Both the position numbers and the translations under genes were made by a program. DNA of 64,000 bases, taken from the NCBI GenBank assembly GCA_018714045.1, contig DVNX01000113.1:11016-75015 (forward strand), read 5' to 3'. This document shows positions 49,647-56,231 of the stretch, piece by piece (within the stretch, counting starts at the first letter, position 1; each line of letters starts with the position of its first letter). Source of the stretch: Candidatus Ornithoclostridium faecavium (GTDB lineage Bacteria > Bacillota > Clostridia > Christensenellales > UBA3700). The notes under the pieces are model-generated. The model had not been told where the DNA came from. It saw nothing but the letters and a program-made list of their open reading frames with translations, and made no database searches.

Positions 49647-49847
49647 TCAGCCCTTTGCCGCTTCGTTGAGCTTTTCAACCAGTTCGTCTACGTCAATGCC
49701 GTGAGCGTTTGCCGCATCCTCGACCGTCTCATTGTGAGCCAGCGCGCAGCCCAGGCAGTGCATACCGACGCTGAAAAGCACGTTTGCTATCGCGTCGACG
49801 TCGCCCTCTTTGAGAGCGTCTGCAATAAGCATATCCTTGGTTATCAT
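49647..49847 (-). CDS. small DUF1858-like protein (hybrid-cluster-protein-associated redox disulfide type)
   Basis: Starts MITKDMLIADAL and contains the GMHCLGCALAHNETVEDA motif. GGAGG SD precedes the ATG at 49847. Confidence 0.6.
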   Translation of the reverse strand: MITKDMLIADALKEGDVDAIANVLFSVGMHCLGCALAHNETVEDAANAHGIDVDELVEKLNEAAKG

Positions 49848-49937
49848 GTTTACCTCCGTCAGGGTCATCCCTTATATATTATTATTTATTTTATCAATAT
49901 TATATATTATATCACGGCATATCCCGCCGACAGATAT

Positions 49938-49966
49938 ATTTTATATAATCGCCGCAGAGATTGCAA
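49938..49966 (-). promoter_or_regulatory. candidate promoter of the DUF1858-like gene
   Basis: Minus strand has TTGCAA, a 17-nt spacer, then TAAAAT. Confidence 0.35.
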
Positions 49967-49979
49967 GCGTTTTACTCTT

Positions 49980-51092
49980 CTACACAAAGAAAAGCAGGTA
50001 CATAAGCCATATAAGAAGCGCCGCCGCGCCCGCGCAGAACAACACAAAGAAGAAGGTCTTGATCGGAGACAGCGGAGCTTTGCCCACCGTCTTACCGTTT
50101 CTGCCGTTGACGACAAAGCCGTAATCCTTGCCTTTATAGCGGTAAGCGCTGGTCCATACGGGTCCGAGAACATATTTGTACTTGGTTTCGTTGAATACGG
50201 GGCGTACGTTTATGTAATCTACCCTGTCCGCATCGGGGTATCTGTTTCTTATCTGAGATCTTACGTTGTTTATCATCAGATCTTTCGCGACTTCCCAGCT
50301 GGCGTCCAGCCCCTGAGCGTAACGCTCTGCGGAATATCCCGAAAGATATTCCTCTTCATACTGCACTGAATTCTTCGTATCGAAACCGCCTATTTTATTC
50401 AGATCTTTCTGCGAAAGCCTGGAACTCGCGTTGACCAGCACGTCGTCGAAATAAGAGTTTATGGATCCCGAAACGTTATACCATCTGACACGCGTTTCCG
50501 TACGTCTGTTCTTTCCACTGCCGACGGTGACGGTATAAGTCTTTCCCAGTCTCGCGTCGTAAGTGGCGAACACGTTGGAATCGAACGTCCAGGACGGAAC
50601 GTACACTCCCCTCATCTTAGAGGTCTTAGCAGTCTTCTTCAGGTTGGAAGGAGCGAGGAATTTCTTGCCCATCCATTTTTTCAGACTTTCGTGCGCCTTA
50701 GGTTCAGATATAAGAAACGGCAGCACCGCGTTGGGCTTGAGCCCCGGAAGTTCGTCGCTTTCCACCAGATTGGGCGCGCCGCAGAACGGACAGACAGTGA
50801 CCGTCTGGTATTTTTCCAGCATGGTTTTCGCGCCGCACACAGGACACTGGATGCACTTGACCTCACCCCAGGAACTGTATCCCTGTTCAGAAAGCGCGGT
50901 ATAATAAAGCTCCATAGGCGGTCTCGGGGGCGGAACGTCGCGTTCTCCCCCGCAATAATCGCATTTGAGCTTGCAGCTGTCGGGGTCGTATTTTAGAAAA
51001 TTACCGCACCCCGGGCATTTAAAAGTATCGCTTTCCACCTCTTTGGCGCTCGTCGCGTCCGCGGTTTCCTCTATCAGCTCTTTTTTTCCCAT
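49980..51092 (-). CDS. zinc-ribbon protein with a C-terminal membrane anchor (YdjG-like, tentative)
   Basis: 370 aa with two Cys4 ribbons (CPGCG..CDYCG and CPVCG..CPFCG) and a C-terminal TM helix FFFVLFCAGAAALLIWLMYLLFFV. Confidence 0.5.
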   Translation of the reverse strand: MGKKELIEETADATSAKEVESDTFKCPGCGNFLKYDPDSCKLKCDYCGGERDVPPPRPPMELYYTALSEQGYSSWGEVKCIQCPVCGAKTMLEKYQTVTVCPFCGAPNLVESDELPGLKPNAVLPFLISEPKAHESLKKWMGKKFLAPSNLKKTAKTSKMRGVYVPSWTFDSNVFATYDARLGKTYTVTVGSGKNRRTETRVRWYNVSGSINSYFDDVLVNASSRLSQKDLNKIGGFDTKNSVQYEEEYLSGYSAERYAQGLDASWEVAKDLMINNVRSQIRNRYPDADRVDYINVRPVFNETKYKYVLGPVWTSAYRYKGKDYGFVVNGRNGKTVGKAPLSPIKTFFFVLFCAGAAALLIWLMYLLFFV

Positions 51093-51101
51093 TTCCGATA
51101 C

Positions 51102-52235
51102 TTACCTTATTTTCTTGCCGCAATCGGGGCAGAATTTAGTACCCGCAGGCACGCTTTTACCGCATGCAGGACAGGTTTTATCCGCGAGGCTCGCGCCGCA
51201 TTCGGGGCAGAATTTAGTACCCTCAGGCACGTCGTTGCCGCACGAAGGACATTTCACCGTTGCTCTGCTGACCGATTTTCCGCATTCGGGACAGAACCTT
51301 GCGCCCGCGCTTACCGCCGCGCCGCAATGAGGGCAGGTCGTACCCGTAGCCGTAGTCGAAACGTCCGCCATTCCTTCAGCGAACATTTTGCCGAGACCCA
51401 GACCCGCGCCGATGCCTATGCCCGCGCTCGCCATTCCTCCGCCCGCGCCGGGAGTCCTTGCAGCGTCGCGTATAGCGCCTATCGTCTCCATTCTCGCGTA
51501 ACCGCCCATCGCGTCGCCCATTACGCCGACCGAAGTGCGCTTGTCTATCATCTTTTCGACCTCTTCCGGCACGGACAGGTTCTCTATATAAAGCCCCTTT
51601 ATCTCTATGCCCATCTTGCCGAAGTCCTCTCTCATCTTTTCGAGAGCGATCGCAGAGATATCGTCGTAATGCGCCGCCAATTCGAGCGCGCTGACGCCGC
51701 TTTCCGCTATAGAATTGGTCAAAACGCTGACGATTATCTTTTTGAAATAGTTGTCAACGTCGGACACGGTAAGTCCGCCGGTCGAACCGAACAACTCGTT
51801 CATCGCATAAGTCGGCACGCCGATAGCGAACGAGTAAACGCCGTAACCGCGAACGCGCACCATGCCGAACTGAGCGTCCTTCATCATTACCGGATTGGAC
51901 GTGCCCCACTTGTTGTCTATGAACTGCTTCGTTGAAACGAAATAAAGATCCGCGGTATGCGGAGTTTCCCACGCGGTCTTCCAATGATAAAGAGCCGTAA
52001 GAACAGGAATGTTCTTGAGTTCGCTCAGCTCATAAGTACCGGGGCCGAACACGTCGCAAAGCTTACCTTCGTTTATAAATATCGCCTTTTGTCCTTCGCG
52101 GACGACAAGGGTAGATTTTCTCATTATCTCTTCTTTGCGTTCAAGCGGATATTTCCATACGATAGCGTTTTTATCGTCAGTCTCCCACTGAATGACCTTG
52201 CGAAATTGTCTTCTAAGAAAGTCTCCGAAACCCAT
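51102..52235 (-). CDS. SPFH (band-7/flotillin-like, YdjI-like) domain protein with three C-terminal zinc ribbons
   Basis: 377 aa. The N-terminal ~270 aa resemble SPFH / virion-core-like proteins. This is followed by a Gly-rich linker and 3x CPxCG-x(7-8)-FCPxCG. Confidence 0.6.
   Translation of the reverse strand: MGFGDFLRRQFRKVIQWETDDKNAIVWKYPLERKEEIMRKSTLVVREGQKAIFINEGKLCDVFGPGTYELSELKNIPVLTALYHWKTAWETPHTADLYFVSTKQFIDNKWGTSNPVMMKDAQFGMVRVRGYGVYSFAIGVPTYAMNELFGSTGGLTVSDVDNYFKKIIVSVLTNSIAESGVSALELAAHYDDISAIALEKMREDFGKMGIEIKGLYIENLSVPEEVEKMIDKRTSVGVMGDAMGGYARMETIGAIRDAARTPGAGGGMASAGIGIGAGLGLGKMFAEGMADVSTTATGTTCPHCGAAVSAGARFCPECGKSVSRATVKCPSCGNDVPEGTKFCPECGASLADKTCPACGKSVPAGTKFCPDCGKKIR
51117..51335 (-). 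repeat. three tandem coding repeats (78- and 84-nt period) encoding the zinc ribbons
   Basis: GCCGCA(A/T)TCGGGGCAGAATTTAGTACCC(G/T)CAGGCAC occurs at 51117 and 51195 (34/36 identical), with a diverged third copy near 51280. Confidence 0.8.
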
Positions 52236-52282
52236 ATATTCCTCCTCGGGCTCACAGCCCTTATTTTTAATCCGATGATTAT

Positions 52283-52311
52283 ATTATAAAGTTGCGCGCG
52301 CGTATTGTCAA
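52283..52311 (-). promoter_or_regulatory. sigma-A type promoter of the SPFH operon
   Basis: Minus strand has TTGACA, a 17-nt spacer, then TATAAT. Confidence 0.6.
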
Positions 52312-52391
52312 GTCAGATTTTAACGCGCGCAATTTAAAAGCACACAGGCGTTCGACGAATATTGCGCGATCTTACGCAATATCTAATTAAT

Positions 52392-53840
52392 ATGAAAGCA
52401 AAATTCGTCTGCGCCGCGATATGCGCCGTTCTGCTGTCGACCTTGCCTCTCGTATCCGTTTCCTGCGAAAGCGAAACGGCAAGCCTTGCCGAGCGCGTGA
52501 GCTACGATCTGACCGTCACCGTCGACGAAGCGGAAAACAAGACGACCGTCGATATGACCGTTACGGTCCCAAACGTATTCGAAGAAGGTCTTAAAGAACT
52601 GGTCTTTTCGTTTTATCCCGACGCGTTCACGCTTAAGTCTCCGCCTCCCGTCGACGAAACGATGATATCTGCCGCCTATCCTTACGGCATAAACGCGGGC
52701 GGATATACCTTTCTGCAAGCAGGAGGCGAAAACGTGAAAAGCGTTTCGATATGCGAAACGCGCTGCAGAATAACTGTCGCTCTCGAAAAACCGCTCGCCA
52801 TCGGCGAAAGCGCGGTCGTAAGATTTTCTTACGACCTTACGCTTCCGCTATGCAATACCCGCTACGGATATAACGACTTTTCGGTAAATCTCACCTTCTT
52901 TTATCCCGTGCTATGCCGCTACGACGCGGCGTCGGGAGGCTTTGAATTCAACGACTATATAGCTACGGGCGATCCGTTCGTTTTCGACGTAGCGGAATAT
53001 TCGCTTGCTCTCGACTGTCCGGAAGCATGGGCAGTCGCCTGCTCCGCTCCCGAAACCAGAAGTGAAAACGGCGTGCGTTATTATCACTCGCGCTCGGCAA
53101 GAGACCTCAGCCTGTTTTTGGCTCCCGATGCCGAAGTCACGACCGTAACGAAAGGCGGCTATACCGCGACGGCGATCCACGACGGTTCTTTCGGCTATGC
53201 GGCGACTTATGCGGCGGACGCGCTCGATGTATTTTCAGAGGCGTTCGGCGAACTCCCCGAAAAGCAGTTTTATATCGTATTCACTCCTTTTATGACGGCG
53301 GGCGCGGAATTCAGCAACGCGGCGATCGTTTCGTCCGGGCTTTCTTTCGCGGAAGTCGAAAAGACGGTCGCGCACGAGGTCTCTCACCAGTGGTGGTACA
53401 ATTTAGTGGGAAGCGACCAGGTCAAAGCGCCGTGGCAGGACGAAGCCTTAGCGCAATGGTCGACTTTGCTATATTTCGGAAAACGGGGAATGAAAAGTTA
53501 CGCAGACACCCTTTTGAAGGGGTACTCTGACTTTTACAACGACTATCTGACGACTCAGCGCTCGCTGGGAGAAAACGCGCTGTGCGACGTCAACAGAGCA
53601 ACGACCGAGTATCGCGACCAGACGGACTATTTCGCGACGGTATACTGCAAAGCGCTGCTCGCGGTTGAAATAACCGCGCAAAGCGTGACGCGCGACGGCT
53701 TATGCGAAGCTCTTTCGCTTTACGTAAAAAACAACTGCCTTTCTTTCGCATATCCCGAAGATCTGTACGACGCGCTAAATTCATACCGCAAAGGCGCGGG
53801 AGCGCTTCTCAGAAATTCGCTCAACGTATCCCCTTACTGA
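52392..53840 (+). CDS. secreted or lipoprotein M1-family-like zinc metallopeptidase
   Basis: Signal peptide MKAKFVCAAICAVLLSTLPLVSVSC. HEVSH-x18-E (WQDEALAQW) matches the gluzincin/M1 motif. Start is uncertain because no clear SD is present. Confidence 0.7.
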   Translation: MKAKFVCAAICAVLLSTLPLVSVSCESETASLAERVSYDLTVTVDEAENKTTVDMTVTVPNVFEEGLKELVFSFYPDAFTLKSPPPVDETMISAAYPYGINAGGYTFLQAGGENVKSVSICETRCRITVALEKPLAIGESAVVRFSYDLTLPLCNTRYGYNDFSVNLTFFYPVLCRYDAASGGFEFNDYIATGDPFVFDVAEYSLALDCPEAWAVACSAPETRSENGVRYYHSRSARDLSLFLAPDAEVTTVTKGGYTATAIHDGSFGYAATYAADALDVFSEAFGELPEKQFYIVFTPFMTAGAEFSNAAIVSSGLSFAEVEKTVAHEVSHQWWYNLVGSDQVKAPWQDEALAQWSTLLYFGKRGMKSYADTLLKGYSDFYNDYLTTQRSLGENALCDVNRATTEYRDQTDYFATVYCKALLAVEITAQSVTRDGLCEALSLYVKNNCLSFAYPEDLYDALNSYRKGAGALLRNSLNVSPY

Positions 53841-53869
53841 CCTGTTCTTGCAAAAAACAGGACTCTTTT
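53841..53869 (+). terminator. weak candidate terminator after the peptidase gene
   Basis: CCTGTT-9 nt-AACAGG followed by ACTCTTTTA. Confidence 0.3.
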
Positions 53870-53993
53870 ACGGTTTTAAAATATTATTCAGATCTTTACC
53901 GATTTTTCAAGGTAAAAATTTACAGCGCCGAAAAGGATAAAACAAGCGGCGCGTAACACAATATAAACAGCCTGAAAAAAGGAGGTTAAAGTG

Positions 53994-54110
53994 ATGAAGA
54001 AAGCTAATCAGACCAAGCAGAAAGCAGGTCGCGCTCAGCAGACTAAGAACTGCGGTAAGATGTGCGGCGGCAAGTGCTGCAACGAAAGCGGACACAATCA
54101 GAACGACTGA
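53994..54110 (+). CDS. unannotated 38-aa basic, Cys-rich micropeptide
   Basis: AAGGAGG SD lies 8 nt upstream of the ATG. Translation is MKKANQTKQKAGRAQQTKNCGKMCGGKCCNESGHNQND*. Codon choice resembles the neighbouring highly expressed genes. The track lists only the antisense ORF. Confidence 0.5.
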   Translation: MKKANQTKQKAGRAQQTKNCGKMCGGKCCNESGHNQND

Positions 54111-54271
54111 CGTGTTTTAAGGCTAAGCGACGTTGCTTCCAAATAGCAAACCGTCGTGAAAAACGGCGTTAAAACGTCTTTTAAAACGATTTGAAGCATA
54201 TATTTTGCAATTCAAAACGGATTTATGGACAAAACGGTTGAATAAAATTTTCATTATTCATCAGACGCCGT

Positions 54272-54360
54272 AAAAAAGAAAGAGAGCTATCCGATTCCTC
54301 GGATAGCTCCCTTCCTTTATTATATGATAAGGGGGAAAATTATGAGCTCTTTTATTTACA
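54272..54360 (-). ncRNA. candidate ~90-nt small RNA (orphan promoter-terminator unit)
   Basis: Bounded by a consensus-like promoter (54395..54367) and an 11-bp GC-rich hairpin with a GGAA loop followed by TCTTTCTTTTTT. Contains a UUUUCCCCCUU tract. No ORF and no downstream same-strand gene. Confidence 0.45.
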
Positions 54361-54366
54361 GTTTGC

Positions 54367-54395
54367 ATTTTATCACCGACTTAAAATTTTGTCAA
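54367..54395 (-). promoter_or_regulatory. sigma-A type promoter of the candidate sRNA
   Basis: Minus strand has TTGACA, a 17-nt spacer, then TAAAAT. Confidence 0.5.
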
Positions 54396-54545
54396 CAGTT
54401 TTTTACAACTTTTTTAAAAAATTTTTTATCGGTGCTTTTCGCTCTGTTTTTTGCATACTTTTATTAAAAGAGTATTAAAAATATGCACATTTTAACACGC
54501 TTAGCCCTCAAAAATCGGGTAATCGTGTATTATTACCAACCGTTT

Positions 54546-55733
54546 TTACAGCACTCCTCTCTTCTTCAGGAAATTTTCTATCCTGTCCATCGCCTTTTTC
54601 AGGTTTTCGAGAGAATATGCGTAGCTTATCCTTATAAAGTTCTTTCCCGACTCCCCGAAAGCGCCGCCCGGAACTACCGCGACTTTCTGATCCGCGAGCA
54701 ATTCTTCCGCGAACTGTTCTCCGTCCATACCCGTAACGGACACGCACGGGAACACGTAAAACGCGCCCTTAGGTTCGAAACAGGTCAGCTTCATCTCGTT
54801 AAGTCTCCTGACAAGAAATCTGCGCCTTATATCGTACTGACTTCTCATCTCCTCGACCGCCGCGAAATTGTCTTCGAAAGCGGTATTGAGCGCGTTGAGC
54901 GCCGCGTACTGAGCAGCAGTCGGCGCGCACATTATGATATATTGATGGATCTTGAGCATCTGTTTCGACAGCTCTCTCGGCGCGCAGTAATACCCCAGTC
55001 TCCAACCCGTCATCGCGAACGCCTTGCTGAAACCGTTGATGAGCACGGTGCGCTCTCTCATGCCGTCGAGAGATGCGACAGAAACGTGTCTTTCGTCGCC
55101 GTAGGTAAGCTCAGCGTAGATCTCGTCCGATATCGCGATCAAGTCGTGCTTTTTTATGACTTCCGCTATCGCTTCCAGCTGAGGTCTCGTCATTATCGCG
55201 CCCGTCGGATTGTTCGGAAACGGCAGTATCACCGCTTTCGTACGCGGAGTTATCGCAGCTTCGAGAGCTTCCGCAGTAAGAATAAAATTGTCCTCTGCCC
55301 TGCACGGCGCGCTTACGGGCACGGCGTCGCAAAGCGCTACGCCGGGAGCGTAAGAAACGTAAGACGGCTCAGGGATTATCACCTCGTCGCCCGCGTTGGC
55401 AAGAGTCCTGACCGCGAGGTATATCGCTTCGCTCGCGCCCACGGTCATTATCACCTCGTCCTTCGGGTCGTACTTTACGCCGAAATGCAGATCGACGTAT
55501 TTCGCGACCGCCTCTCTCAGCTGCAACAGACCGCTGTTGGACGTATACTGAGTTATGCCCTTTCTTATGCTTTGTACCGCCGCTTCTCTCGCTTCCCACG
55601 GCGTGACGAAATCGGGTTCGCCTACGCCCAGCGAGATGACGTCCTTATACATAGCCGCCACGTCGAAAAACTTTCTTATACCCGAAGGCTTGATATTCTT
55701 TACGACGTCGCTCACGTGTTTGTCGTAATTCAT
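54546..55733 (-). CDS. class I/II pyridoxal-phosphate aminotransferase (aspartate aminotransferase-like)
   Basis: 395 aa with an SKAFAMTGWRLGY PLP-lysine context. Coupled (ATGA) to the Lrp gene. Confidence 0.85.
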   Translation of the reverse strand: MNYDKHVSDVVKNIKPSGIRKFFDVAAMYKDVISLGVGEPDFVTPWEAREAAVQSIRKGITQYTSNSGLLQLREAVAKYVDLHFGVKYDPKDEVIMTVGASEAIYLAVRTLANAGDEVIIPEPSYVSYAPGVALCDAVPVSAPCRAEDNFILTAEALEAAITPRTKAVILPFPNNPTGAIMTRPQLEAIAEVIKKHDLIAISDEIYAELTYGDERHVSVASLDGMRERTVLINGFSKAFAMTGWRLGYYCAPRELSKQMLKIHQYIIMCAPTAAQYAALNALNTAFEDNFAAVEEMRSQYDIRRRFLVRRLNEMKLTCFEPKGAFYVFPCVSVTGMDGEQFAEELLADQKVAVVPGGAFGESGKNFIRISYAYSLENLKKAMDRIENFLKKRGVL

Positions 55734-56218
55734 ACTATCTCTTCTCTCTTTATCTCGTCGCCTTTTTCGAGGACAACGCCTTCCGCCTTGTATTTTTTAA
55801 GTATAAAGTGAGTCGCGGTGGACGTAACGTCTTTGAGCACGGAAAGTCTTTCGGTAACGAAACGGGAGACCTCGCGCAGATTTTTGCCCTCGACGATAAC
55901 GGTAAGGTCGTAGCTGCCGCTCATAAGGTAGACGTCCTTCACCTCTTCGAACTTGTAGATATCGCGCGCGATCGCGTCGAATCCGTCGCGCATCTGCGGA
56001 GTGACCTTGACCTCTATAAGCGCGGTGACCGCGTCGGAATCCAGCTTCTCGGTATTGCACAGCACGGTGTATTTCGCTATGACGCCGTCCTGTTCCATAG
56101 CCTCTATCCTCGCCTTTACGTCCTCTTCTTCAAGTCCGCTCATAGCGGCGATCTGCGCCGTCGTGAAACGGCTGTCCTCGCGCAGTATCGCGATCAACTG
56201 TTTGTCTTTCTTGTCCAT
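55730..56218 (-). CDS. Lrp/AsnC family transcriptional regulator
   Basis: Starts MDKKDKQLIAILREDSRFTTAQIAAMSG (HTH), followed by a RAM domain. Start set at 56218 with a GAGGTG SD. Confidence 0.85.
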   Translation of the reverse strand: MDKKDKQLIAILREDSRFTTAQIAAMSGLEEEDVKARIEAMEQDGVIAKYTVLCNTEKLDSDAVTALIEVKVTPQMRDGFDAIARDIYKFEEVKDVYLMSGSYDLTVIVEGKNLREVSRFVTERLSVLKDVTSTATHFILKKYKAEGVVLEKGDEIKREEIV

Positions 56219-56231
56219 GATCTTCACCTCG

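Noticed and set aside
51117-51335. Tandem direct repeats, considered as a possible CRISPR array or VNTR
   Set aside because: There are only three units. They lie inside a continuous ORF and encode repeated zinc-ribbon modules. No spacer-like unique segments and no cas genes are present.
53907-54095. 62-aa minus-strand ORF listed in the track
   Set aside because: It has no SD and is hydrophobic and low in complexity. It is exactly antisense to a plus-strand ORF that has a strong AAGGAGG SD and protein-like codon usage.
54483-55811. 442-aa plus-strand ORF
   Set aside because: It is antisense to the PLP aminotransferase and the end of the Lrp gene.
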